Part shown: in pieces, positions 38,515 to 47,625 of the stretch | How positions within the stretch are numbered: position 1 is the first letter of the stretch | Layout: each line of letters begins with the position of its first letter | Source of the DNA: an uncultured Thiothrix sp. | GTDB lineage: Bacteria; Pseudomonadota; Gammaproteobacteria; Poriferisulfidales; GCA-002705445 | Direction: 5' to 3' | DNA: 64,000 nt | Assembly: GCA_902595225.1 (NCBI GenBank) | Contig: CACJPG010000001.1 | Location: forward strand, 3,583 to 67,582 | Position numbers and translations under genes: made by a program | Notes under the pieces: generated by a model | What the model saw: the letters and a program-made list of their open reading frames with translations, nothing else | The model's database searches: none | What the model was told of the DNA's origin: nothing

Positions 38515-38926
38515 AAAAAGATTAATGGCAGAAATAAATATTGTTCCATATATCGATGTAATGCTGGTATTACTTCTTGTTTTTATGATTACCACTCCAC
38601 TACTATATGAAGGCCTTGAAGTTGATTTACCAACAACTGAAGCAAACGATGTTGATATTTCTAAATTTAAGGAGCCATTAATTGTTGAAATTAATGAGCA
38701 GGGAATAATTAGAGTAATTCAAAAAGATAATTTCAATGAACAAGTTAATGAAGAAGACTTGGCAGATACAATCATTTCTATCTATAAAAATAAAAAAATT
38801 GATAAAGTATACGTAAAAGGCGATAAAAAAATCTCGTATGAAAAAGTAATAAGACTTATATCTATCTTAAATAAAGGTGGTGTCGAGAATATAGGATTAA
38901 TAACTTTACCAATAAATGAAAAGTAG
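38489..38926 (+). CDS. tolR: Tol-Pal system protein TolR
   Basis: AEINIVPYIDVMLVLLLVFMITTP matches the TolR/ExbD anchor, including the conserved D. Confidence 0.92.
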   Translation: MSKMRYRAKKRLMAEINIVPYIDVMLVLLLVFMITTPLLYEGLEVDLPTTEANDVDISKFKEPLIVEINEQGIIRVIQKDNFNEQVNEEDLADTIISIYKNKKIDKVYVKGDKKISYEKVIRLISILNKGGVENIGLITLPINEK

Positions 38927-39275
38927 AAATAAAAAAAAGTTTTCAATCACAATAAAAGTCTTTATAGCTCATTTTTTGCTCATAATTCTCTTAGATTTAA
39001 ATATTTCAGCATTCGTAAAAAAAGATACTGATGATTTTGAAAATGGAAATGATGTTCAATTTGTAAATCTCAAAAGTATAAGTTTGGAAGAAATACAGAA
39101 AAAAAGAGAGCTTATAGAAAAAAAGAAAAGAGAAATTGAAGCGCAAAAAAGAAAAAGAAAAGAAGAAGCTCAAAAGAAAAAAGAAAGGTTGCTAGCAGAA
39201 AAGCAGAAAAAAAAAGAAGCAGAGAGAAAAAAAGAATTGAAAACGAGAAAAGAAAAGCAGAAGAAGAAAAATTAA
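38916..39275 (+). CDS. tolA: TolA N-terminal fragment (membrane anchor plus K/E-rich domain II), frame 0
   Basis: It has the TM anchor FIAHFLLIILLDL followed by EKKKREIEAQKRKRKEEAQKKKERLLAEKQKKKEAERKK. It ends at a TAA inside the polypurine tract. Confidence 0.7.
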   Translation: MKSRNKKKFSITIKVFIAHFLLIILLDLNISAFVKKDTDDFENGNDVQFVNLKSISLEEIQKKRELIEKKKREIEAQKRKRKEEAQKKKERLLAEKQKKKEAERKKELKTRKEKQKKKN

Positions 39276-39334
39276 GAAAAGAGCAAGCCGAGAAAAAACG
39301 AAAAGAAGAGCTGGATCAAATAAGAAAGGAAGAG

Positions 39335-39721
39335 ATGGAAAAGCTTGCTACGTATGAACTTGAGAAATTAGAAAGAGAGTTGAGAGAAATCGAGAGACTT
39401 GAGGCCTTAATAAAGCAGCAAGCAATAAGAAATGCACAGCTTAGTGATGCAGAAAAAAGATATATTTTATCTATTAAGACCAAGATTGAAAATAACTGGT
39501 TAATTCCACATGACACAAAACATAATGAGATATGTACTGCAATTGTAAATCAATTGCCAAGTGGTAAAGTAACAAGTGTTAAAATTCACGGTTGCAAAGG
39601 GGACTCGCTTTATATTGATTCTCTTATTAATGCTGTATGGAAATCTAGTCCATTACCTATTGCCCCAGATATTGAAGTGTTTCAAGAAGATATTGTTTTA
39701 CAATTTGAGGAGCCAAAATAA
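39335..39721 (+). CDS. tolA: TolA C-terminal fragment (domain III, TonB_C-like), frame -1 relative to the N-terminal fragment
   Basis: RYILSIKTKIENNWLIP...CTAIVNQLPSGKVTSVKIHGCKGDSLYIDSLINAVWKSSPLPIAP matches the TolA domain III pattern. This frame is open upstream to 39140. Confidence 0.7.
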   Translation: MEKLATYELEKLERELREIERLEALIKQQAIRNAQLSDAEKRYILSIKTKIENNWLIPHDTKHNEICTAIVNQLPSGKVTSVKIHGCKGDSLYIDSLINAVWKSSPLPIAPDIEVFQEDIVLQFEEPK

Positions 39722-40993
39722 ATGAGAAAAGTTTTATTATTTTTATTTTTAATATCTTTTATAAGTAGCGCGCATTCAGAATTGAAAATAAAAATTCAAA
39801 AAGCAGAAATAGGTGCATTACCTATTATAATAAGCATAAAAGGGGATTCTGAAATTTTTTCCTCAAAGAATTTTTCAAGTATTATTGAAAATGATCTTTA
39901 TGGAAGTGGCTACTTCAATATCTTAGACTCATCAAAAATTAAAACCTCTATAAAAAATACTAACACTCAATATGCTTTATGGACACTAGCCGGAGCAAAC
40001 TTTTTACTTAAAGCAAGTATTTTCAAAGACGAAGAATACGAATTTATTAAATTCAATCTTCACGATGTTATTAAAAAAAATATCATGTTTTCATATAAAA
40101 TAAGATTGTCAAAAAAAAGCAGTGAAAGGAAAGTTGCTCATACAATAAGTAATTTGATTTTTGAGGAAATTACTGGGATAAAAGGTGTTTTTGATACAAA
40201 AATTGCATATATAAGCACTGAAAATAAAGAAAATAGAAAAATATATAAACTTCATGTGGCAGACATAGATGGTTTTAACTCTGTGGCAATTTATAAATCA
40301 TCAAAACAACTGATGTCTCCAACTTGGTCACCAAAAAATGACAAAATTGCTTATGTATCTTTTGAAAATAATAGACCAGAAATATTTATTCAAACTTTAG
40401 CTACAGGAGAGAGAAAAAAACTTTTGGAAGGTAATAATTCAAATAGTGCGCCAGCATGGTCACCAGACGGTAAATTTATTGCATACACTTCTTCAGTAAA
40501 AGGAAACTTGGAAATTTTCATATATAGTATTCTTGAGCAGAAAGAAAAAAGAATTACAAACAGTATTGGAATTGATACAGAAGCTGAGTGGCATCCAAGT
40601 GGAAAGAAAATTTTTTTCACATCTGATAGGAGTGGAAAACCACATATTTATTTAAAATCTATAAGATCTGGCAAAGCTAAAAGATTAACTTTTACTGGGT
40701 CATACAATGCAGACACTAATGTTTCATCAGATGGAAAATATTTATCATTAGTTCATAATGGTGGTAATGGACATAAAATTGCTATTTATTCGTTAGAGGA
40801 TAATTTTCTTAAAATAATATCTTCGGGCCGACTTGATGAAGCTCCAAGTTTTGCTCCAAATAACAAAATGATACTATTTGCTTCACAAAAATTTAATAAA
40901 GGTATTCTTGTGGCCACGAGTAATGATGGTAGAATAAGAAAAGAAATAGAGTTATCTGGAGAGGATGTTCGAGAACCTATTTGGTCTCATTAA
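39722..40993 (+). CDS. tolB: Tol-Pal system beta-propeller protein TolB
   Basis: It has a signal peptide and repeated propeller motifs (SPTWSPKNDKIAYVS, APAWSPDGKFIAYTS, EAEWHPSGKKIFFTSDRSG). Confidence 0.94.
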   Translation: MRKVLLFLFLISFISSAHSELKIKIQKAEIGALPIIISIKGDSEIFSSKNFSSIIENDLYGSGYFNILDSSKIKTSIKNTNTQYALWTLAGANFLLKASIFKDEEYEFIKFNLHDVIKKNIMFSYKIRLSKKSSERKVAHTISNLIFEEITGIKGVFDTKIAYISTENKENRKIYKLHVADIDGFNSVAIYKSSKQLMSPTWSPKNDKIAYVSFENNRPEIFIQTLATGERKKLLEGNNSNSAPAWSPDGKFIAYTSSVKGNLEIFIYSILEQKEKRITNSIGIDTEAEWHPSGKKIFFTSDRSGKPHIYLKSIRSGKAKRLTFTGSYNADTNVSSDGKYLSLVHNGGNGHKIAIYSLEDNFLKIISSGRLDEAPSFAPNNKMILFASQKFNKGILVATSNDGRIRKEIELSGEDVREPIWSH

Positions 40994-41000
40994 ATTTAAC

Positions 41001-41558
41001 ATGGAGATTATTGTGAAAAAAGATTTTTTAAGATATTTTGCTTTACTATTAATAACTATTTCATTGCCTGCCTGTAATGTTTTAAATCAGAAAGACCCAG
41101 ATGTTATTGTTACAACTGAACCAATGCTAACAAAATCTGAGGAAGGTGAAGTTGATACGGTGGTTTCTGCAGATAGTATAAATCTCGATTATAATGAGGA
41201 AAAAGGATATACCCTTGGAAATAATATTATTTACTTTGATTATGACAAATATTCTGTAGAAAAAAACGAAGATAAAGATATTATAAAAAAATATTCTATA
41301 TACTTAAAAAATAATGAAACTGCATCTATTAGAATCGAGGGTCATGCTGACGAAAGGGGTTCAAGAGCTTACAATTTAGCCCTTGGTGAAAAAAGAGCAG
41401 AAACCATAAAAGAGCTAATGCTTATTAATGGTGTTTCAATTGATTCGGTCGAAGTTGTAAGTTACGGTGAAGAAAATCTTGCATCATCTGGCACTACTGA
41501 GGAATCACACTCTTTAAACAGAAGAGTTGAAATTGTATTTAGCAACACAGGAAATTAA
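41001..41558 (+). CDS. pal: Peptidoglycan-associated lipoprotein Pal
   Basis: It has the lipobox LPAC and an OmpA-like domain (IEGHADERGSRAYNLALGEKRA, NRRVEI). The GTG at 41013, preceded by ggag, is an alternative start. Confidence 0.92.
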   Translation: MEIIVKKDFLRYFALLLITISLPACNVLNQKDPDVIVTTEPMLTKSEEGEVDTVVSADSINLDYNEEKGYTLGNNIIYFDYDKYSVEKNEDKDIIKKYSIYLKNNETASIRIEGHADERGSRAYNLALGEKRAETIKELMLINGVSIDSVEVVSYGEENLASSGTTEESHSLNRRVEIVFSNTGN

Positions 41559-41559
41559 A

Positions 41560-42417
41560 GTGCCAAAAAAAATATTTTATTTATTTTTTTTTATCGCTCT
41601 TCAAACAAATGCAATGGCTGATGATGAAGCTCTCATGAGAATGTATGAGAGACTTGAGATGATAAGAACGCAAATGCAGCAATTAACAGAAGAAAACCAA
41701 CAGCTTAATAACAAAATTTCTATAATTCAAAATCAGCAAGATAGACTTTATCAGGATTTATTAAATAAAATCCAAAACCTTGAGAAAAAACTTGATAGCA
41801 CAGAATCATCATCGATAAATAAAACGAGCAAAGATCAGAAAACAATTAAAGATCAAAATAAGCTAAATGAAAATAAAGAAGTATCTAGCCAAATTAAAAA
41901 TGAGGTAGATGGAAAAAATGAAGTCCTGGAAGAAAAAAAAGATATCATTCCAAGAGATGAAAATGAGCTAGATCTTGCAAAACCATATAAAAACGATAAC
42001 TTTATGGCAAGCCTCTCAATTTACGAGTCTAAGACAGAAATAGAACTTTATAGAAATGCTTTTCAACTAGTTAAAGATAAAAAATATAAAGAAGCAGAGG
42101 ATTATTTCAATGCTTTTCTATATTTATTTCCAGAGAGTAATTATTCGGCAAATGCACAATACTGGCTAAGTGAATCTATATATGCAATTGGTGATTATAG
42201 AAATGCAATGGTAAATTTTGCACGTGTTGTTGAAAAATATCCTAGCAGCTCTAAAGTCGCAGATGCTAAATTAAAAATTGGCTATTGTTATTATTCTATA
42301 AAAAAATGGAAGGAAGCTAGATTCATTTTTTCAAGCATTGTGAAGGATTACCCTAATACAAGTCTATCCCAACTGGCTGAGAAGAAAATAAAAAGTATGG
42401 ATGTAGAGGGTAGATGA
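41560..42417 (+). CDS. cpoB: Cell division coordinator CpoB (YbgF)
   Basis: It has a signal peptide, a coiled coil and C-terminal TPR repeats (YPSSSKVADAKLKIGYCYY). I chose the GTG at 41560, just after the pal stop; the track starts at the TTG at 41527. Confidence 0.85.
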   Translation: MPKKIFYLFFFIALQTNAMADDEALMRMYERLEMIRTQMQQLTEENQQLNNKISIIQNQQDRLYQDLLNKIQNLEKKLDSTESSSINKTSKDQKTIKDQNKLNENKEVSSQIKNEVDGKNEVLEEKKDIIPRDENELDLAKPYKNDNFMASLSIYESKTEIELYRNAFQLVKDKKYKEAEDYFNAFLYLFPESNYSANAQYWLSESIYAIGDYRNAMVNFARVVEKYPSSSKVADAKLKIGYCYYSIKKWKEARFIFSSIVKDYPNTSLSQLAEKKIKSMDVEGR

Positions 42418-42426
42418 GAAAAAGAA

Positions 42427-43077
42427 ATGAAAGATGATCCAAGCATTTCGATAAACGAAATATTTTATTCTATTCAAGGTGAAGCTAAAAATTCTGGAAA
42501 ACCAACTGTTTTTATTAGAACAGCGGGATGTCCATTTGACTGCTCATACTGCGATACCGAATATGCATTTACAGAAGGAAAGCAAACCAGCGTAAGTAAT
42601 ATCATTAATAAAATAGAAAATTATAAAACAAAGTATATAACGGTCACCGGTGGCGAGCCTTTAGTTCAAAAAAATATAAACATTCTTTTTAATAAATTAT
42701 TAGAAAATAAATATTATGTTTCATTAGAGACAAGCGGTCTTGTTGATATCAGCAGTATTCCAAAAAATGTAGAAATAGTAATGGATATTAAAACTCCATC
42801 TTCAAATGAGAGTGATAAAAATATTATCGAAAATCTTAAAATAATAAAACTCACTGATGTGATTAAATTTGTTATCGAAACAAAAGATGATTATGAGTGG
42901 TCAAAAAATATAATATTTAATAATAGTCTCACTAATCACCCAAATATATATTTTTCGCCAGTTCACGACAAACTTGAGCCTTCATTAATTGCTTCATGGA
43001 TTTTAGAGGATAGCTTGAACGTCACGTTGCAACTTCAAATTCATAAATATATATGGGGGGATGTGAGGGGAAGATAA
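42427..43077 (+). CDS. queE: 7-carboxy-7-deazaguanine synthase
   Basis: It has INEIFYSIQGEA and the radical-SAM Cys triad (C-x3-C-x2-C) in GCPFDCSYCDT. Confidence 0.9.
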   Translation: MKDDPSISINEIFYSIQGEAKNSGKPTVFIRTAGCPFDCSYCDTEYAFTEGKQTSVSNIINKIENYKTKYITVTGGEPLVQKNINILFNKLLENKYYVSLETSGLVDISSIPKNVEIVMDIKTPSSNESDKNIIENLKIIKLTDVIKFVIETKDDYEWSKNIIFNNSLTNHPNIYFSPVHDKLEPSLIASWILEDSLNVTLQLQIHKYIWGDVRGR

Positions 43078-43751
43078 TGAGTAAAAAGAATGCAGTTATC
43101 ATATTATCAGGCGGTATGGACTCAGTTACCTCTCTAGCATATGCTGTTAATAAAGGATTTGGATGTTTTTCAATAACTTTTGACTATGGTCAAAAGAGTA
43201 AATCTGAGATTCGTGCCGCGCACTATTACTCAAAATTTTACAATTGTAAAAAGCACAAAATTTTCCAAATAGATTTCAGTAGCTTCTCTTCTTCAGCGTT
43301 AACTGAGGCTGATAAAAGCGTTATTGACGATTCAAGTAATAAAATTCCGTCAACCTATGTATCAATGAGGAACATAATTTTTCTTTCTATTGCTTGTTCT
43401 TGGGCAGAAACATTATCATGCGAAGACGTATTTATTGGCGCAAATGCTATTGATTACTCAGGATACCCTGATTGTCGAGAGGATTTTTTGAAAGCATATG
43501 AAAAAATGATAAATATCGGATCAAAAACAGGTTCTGAAGGCGGTAATTTCAAAATTCATAGACCATTAGTAAATTTGAGTAAAGCAGAGATAGTAAAGCT
43601 TGGACATTCTCTTGGAGTAAACTATAAAAAAACTGTTTCTTGTTACCAGGCCAATGAAGAGGGAAGAGCTTGTGGAAAATGTGAATCTTGTGATTTGAGG
43701 AAACAAGGTTTTTTAGACAATAATTTTCCAGACGAAACATTGTATATCTGA
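43077..43751 (+). CDS. queC: 7-cyano-7-deazaguanine synthase
   Basis: It has the PP-loop VIILSGGMDS and C-terminal zinc Cys (CYQ...CGKCESC). The ATG shares one base with the queE TAA. Confidence 0.92.
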   Translation: MSKKNAVIILSGGMDSVTSLAYAVNKGFGCFSITFDYGQKSKSEIRAAHYYSKFYNCKKHKIFQIDFSSFSSSALTEADKSVIDDSSNKIPSTYVSMRNIIFLSIACSWAETLSCEDVFIGANAIDYSGYPDCREDFLKAYEKMINIGSKTGSEGGNFKIHRPLVNLSKAEIVKLGHSLGVNYKKTVSCYQANEEGRACGKCESCDLRKQGFLDNNFPDETLYI

Positions 43752-43774
43752 CTTATGTATAGAAAAAATATCTC

Positions 43775-43802
43775 TTGTCATAATATTAATCAAAGGTACA
43801 AT
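43775..43802 (+). promoter_or_regulatory. Candidate sigma70 promoter for tRNA-Lys
   Basis: TTGTCA at 43775-43780, a 16-nt spacer, then TACAAT at 43797-43802. This lies 14 nt upstream of the tRNA 5' end. Confidence 0.35.
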
Positions 43803-43815
43803 CTCAAACACTATT

Positions 43816-43892
<77 letters not shown>

Positions 43893-43934
43893 ATAGTTCT
43901 TGTAAATCTTTCTTAAGTCCAGTAATTTTAAAAT

Positions 43935-45179
43935 ATGCAAACTTTAAAAACTTTTAGTATTTTTAAATATAGCATTATTGTTTTTCCACTTGCTTTCGCT
44001 GGTATACCAATTTATATTCATGCCCCAGATTATTATTCAACAAATTTAGGAATAAAAATTGAGGCAATAGGAATTTCTCTATTAATATTAAGGCTTTTAG
44101 ATGCTTTTTTAGATCCCTTAATAGGTTATGTGAGTGATAAATTTTTCTATTTAAGAGATAAATTTATCTACATAGGGGCAGCCAATTTGCTACTTGGATT
44201 TTGGATGATATTTCACCCTTTAAATGAAAATATTCTTTTATGGTTTATTCTTAGTGTATTTATATGTACTTTAGGGTTTAGTATGGTAATAATAAATGTT
44301 CAAGCTTTTGGTGGTGTCTGGAACATTCACAAAGAAAAGATTGTGACTGTAATGACAATTCGAGAAGGGATTAGTTTAATTGGACTTTTGATTGCTTCGA
44401 TAACCCCGCCATTACTATACATTTATTTTAAAAACAATAATTTCCATATTCTTTCAATCATTTTAATAGTTCTTACAGCATTATCTTTGATATTTTTTTA
44501 TTCTTGGCATAGAGCTGCTGAAATTAAGAAACCAACAAATAATCAAAAAAATAGGAATTTTAGAAAAATACTGAAAAATCCTAGGGTAAAATTATTTTTT
44601 ACCTCATATTTTTTCAATAGCTTTGCTACATCAATTCCAGCAACAATCATAATATTTTATGTCAGAGATTATTTAAATGCCGAAAGTTATTTGGGTTTAT
44701 TTTTACTTATATATTTTCTTAGCGGGGCTGCCTCAATGCCATTGTGGAAATATTTATCAAATAAATTTTCCAGCATATATTCATGGTTTTTAAGTATGAT
44801 TTTTGCCTTTTTGTCCTTTATTTGGGCATTTTTTCTTGAACCAAACAATATTATTGGTTTCTTCATTATTTGTCTTTTGTCAGGAATAGCTGTTGGAGCG
44901 AATTTAGCACTTCCCTCTGCAATAATTGCAGAAGATATAAACTCGAATAATAATCAAGATTATGCTTCAAGTTATTATTCTATAAGTAATTTTTTATCAA
45001 AATTTGCTTTAGCTATTGCCTCTGGTGTTTCCTTGCCAATTCTTGGTTTTTTGGGATATGTGCCTGGAATCGCTAGAAACGATGTCCTGCTACCTTTTGT
45101 TTATGCGATTTTGCCATGTTGTATACTATTAATCTCAATATATTTAACATCAAAATTACTTAATAAAAGTTCTATTTAA
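43935..45179 (+). CDS. MFS-fold transporter, GPH (glycoside-pentoside-hexuronide:cation symporter)-like
   Basis: It is 414 aa with about 12 TM helices. LRLLDAFLDPLIGYVSDK matches the GPH loop 2-3 signature (R-x-x-D-A-x-x-D-P-x-x-G). Confidence 0.7.
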   Translation: MQTLKTFSIFKYSIIVFPLAFAGIPIYIHAPDYYSTNLGIKIEAIGISLLILRLLDAFLDPLIGYVSDKFFYLRDKFIYIGAANLLLGFWMIFHPLNENILLWFILSVFICTLGFSMVIINVQAFGGVWNIHKEKIVTVMTIREGISLIGLLIASITPPLLYIYFKNNNFHILSIILIVLTALSLIFFYSWHRAAEIKKPTNNQKNRNFRKILKNPRVKLFFTSYFFNSFATSIPATIIIFYVRDYLNAESYLGLFLLIYFLSGAASMPLWKYLSNKFSSIYSWFLSMIFAFLSFIWAFFLEPNNIIGFFIICLLSGIAVGANLALPSAIIAEDINSNNNQDYASSYYSISNFLSKFALAIASGVSLPILGFLGYVPGIARNDVLLPFVYAILPCCILLISIYLTSKLLNKSSI

Positions 45180-45302
45180 CCCTTTATTTATATGCCTTAT
45201 AGAGGATATGTATATTTTATGTATGTATTTTATTGTTCGAAAAAATGTATTACTATATAGATATAAAAATAATATATCTTATACGAAGGTAAATTTATAG
45301 AT

Positions 45303-45332
45303 TTGATGTCTTTACAAAAAAATAGCTATAAT
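45303..45332 (+). promoter_or_regulatory. Candidate sigma70 promoter for the molybdoenzyme pair
   Basis: TTGATG at 45303-45308, an 18-nt spacer, then TATAAT at 45327-45332. This lies about 45 nt upstream of a strong RBS (aaaaggagagg) and the ATG at 45379. Confidence 0.4.
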
Positions 45333-45378
45333 AGATATCATAGTCGTATATTTCTGAGAGTGGAGAAAAGGAGAGGAA

Positions 45379-47625
45379 ATGGCAGCTAAACCAAAAGAAT
45401 TTTCAAGTTCGGTAGTTAATTATGTTCCAAAAATAAAACCACCGGAAGGCCATTCTATACACCATATATGTTGTCCGCATGATTGCCCTGACACGTGCTC
45501 AATGCTTGTAACGAAAAATGACACAACAGGTAAAGCTGTTAGCGTTCAAGGCGATCCATCACATCCAATCACAAGAGGTTATCTATGTAACAAGGTAAAT
45601 CACTACATTGATCTTGTTTACAATGAAAATAGAGTATTGTATCCGCATCGAAGAGTTGGACCAAAGGGCCCTGGTGCGAAATTTGAAAGAATATCATGGG
45701 ATGAAGCCCTTGAAGCAATCACTGACGACTTTAAGAAAACTATAAAAGAATACGGAAGTGAAGCTGTTCAACCTTTCTCGTATTCAGGAACTCTTGGAAT
45801 GCTTGGATATTGGACAATGGACCAAAGATTCTTTAATAAAATGGAAGCTGCACGTCTAGAACAATCAATATGCATATACGCAGCCATGTGGGCTGGTTTA
45901 TATACATACGGCTTATCAAATGGTCCTCATGTTGGTGAAGCAGCACGTGACGGATGTGAGCTAATGATTTTATGGGCAACAAATCTTGTGAGTACTGGCG
46001 TACATTCAATACCTTTCATTAGAGAAGCAAAAGAAAGGGGTATGAAATTAGTTGTTGTAGATCCAAGAAAAACTAGAACAACTATGTTTGCAGATGTACA
46101 TATTCAACCTAAGCCCGGAACTGATGCGTTCTTAGCAAACGCAATGATAAAAGTAATTGTTGATAATAACTTACATGATGTTGATTTCTTAAATGAACAA
46201 ACACATGGTTGGGAGGAGTTTGTTGAAAAAGTTCTACCAGACTATACTCTAGAAGAGGCTGAGAAAATTACTGGCGTTAAGGCTAAAGATATTGAAGATC
46301 TAGCTATTGAGTATGCAAAAACAAAAAAATCTTATATAAGAGCAAACTACGGATTAAATAGACACCAAAATTCGGGGCAAATGTGTAGAGCAGTTCTTAT
46401 TTTACCTTGCTTTAACGGTTCATGGAGAGAAGAAAAATGTGGTGGAGTTGCTTTTGGCCAACTTGAAGAAATGTGGTTACGTTTTGATCTCGGAAAATTA
46501 CATAGACCTGATCTCGGGAATAGAGCAGAAAAAAGAATTGTGAATATGGTTCAGATTGGAAGAGCGCTCGCAGATAATATTGGTGATGATGGCGCCCAAT
46601 TAGATCCACCGATAAAAACACTGTTTGTTTATAATAGCGATATCGCAAACTGCACTCCAAACTCAGGAAATGTAAGAAAAGGCATGATGAGAGATGATTT
46701 ATTCATAACTGTGCACGAAACTTTCTGGACAGACTCATGTATGTACGCTGACATTATTCTCCCTGCAGACACTGCACTAGAGAGAACAGATTGTCACTGG
46801 GCATATGGCTCATGGTTTTTAGGTATAAATAAACCAGTTATTGAGCCGCTAGGTGAGAGTATAAATAACACCGAATTATTTAGAATGCTTGCTGATAAAA
46901 TGGGCTATGTTGACTCTACTGATAATGCTTTCACGCAAACAGATGAAGAAATTATTAAAGATATTCTTTTAGAGGCAGAAAATGAAGACGGCGAAAGATT
47001 TAATTGCTTAACTGAAGGCATAGATTACGATGATGTGGTTAAAAATGGTTGGGCAAGAGCTTCAACAGGATCAAAAAGAAGAGATTTTCTGAAAAATGGT
47101 TGGCCAACTCCTAGCGGAAAGATTGAGATTAAATGTGAAGCAATAACTGCGGAATACCCTGATGTTAGCCCTTTTCCAGAGTATGTACCCGAAATTAATG
47201 GACAGTACGATCCAAATAAAGAAAAATTTCCAATCCAAGTGTTGAGTAGCGCTTCTCACTATTTCATTGGAGATTCTTTTCAATCTGTTCCAAGATTACA
47301 AGCAATGCAATCTAGACCAACAGTTGAAATAAGTCTTGGTGATGCAAAAGCAAGAGGAATTGAAGATGGCGATTTGGTAAGATTATATAATGATAATGGT
47401 GAAACATATTGCTATGCTGTCTTAATCGAAGGTTTATTAGATGGTGTTTGCGCAACGCAAAAACAATTTAAAGGAAGTAATACACCTGGGGGTTTAAATG
47501 TAAATAATTTAAACTCTGAAATGTTGACTGACTTTGGCAAAAGTCCAACATTTTACTCAGTTCTAGTTGAAATAGAAAAAGCTAGTGAAGAGATGACAAA
47601 AAAAGCTATTAAGCAAGGAGTGTAA
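45379..47625 (+). CDS. Cytoplasmic molybdopterin (MopB superfamily) oxidoreductase of unassigned subfamily
   Basis: It is 748 aa with no Tat or Sec leader. The N-terminal Fe-S motif is CPHDCPDTC...LCNK (C-x3-C-x3-C-xn-C). It shows MopB-like blocks (ISWDEALE, VVVDPRKTRT, PKPGTDAFLA) and a C-terminal beta-barrel region (LRLYNDNGE). Confidence 0.75.
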   Translation: MAAKPKEFSSSVVNYVPKIKPPEGHSIHHICCPHDCPDTCSMLVTKNDTTGKAVSVQGDPSHPITRGYLCNKVNHYIDLVYNENRVLYPHRRVGPKGPGAKFERISWDEALEAITDDFKKTIKEYGSEAVQPFSYSGTLGMLGYWTMDQRFFNKMEAARLEQSICIYAAMWAGLYTYGLSNGPHVGEAARDGCELMILWATNLVSTGVHSIPFIREAKERGMKLVVVDPRKTRTTMFADVHIQPKPGTDAFLANAMIKVIVDNNLHDVDFLNEQTHGWEEFVEKVLPDYTLEEAEKITGVKAKDIEDLAIEYAKTKKSYIRANYGLNRHQNSGQMCRAVLILPCFNGSWREEKCGGVAFGQLEEMWLRFDLGKLHRPDLGNRAEKRIVNMVQIGRALADNIGDDGAQLDPPIKTLFVYNSDIANCTPNSGNVRKGMMRDDLFITVHETFWTDSCMYADIILPADTALERTDCHWAYGSWFLGINKPVIEPLGESINNTELFRMLADKMGYVDSTDNAFTQTDEEIIKDILLEAENEDGERFNCLTEGIDYDDVVKNGWARASTGSKRRDFLKNGWPTPSGKIEIKCEAITAEYPDVSPFPEYVPEINGQYDPNKEKFPIQVLSSASHYFIGDSFQSVPRLQAMQSRPTVEISLGDAKARGIEDGDLVRLYNDNGETYCYAVLIEGLLDGVCATQKQFKGSNTPGGLNVNNLNSEMLTDFGKSPTFYSVLVEIEKASEEMTKKAIKQGV

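Noticed and set aside
39050-39330. The purine-rich repetitive stretch (GAAAAG/AAGAAA motifs) could be a tandem-repeat element.
   Set aside because: It is the expected K/E-rich low-complexity coding region of TolA domain II rather than a non-coding repeat. It is relevant only as the site of the frameshift.
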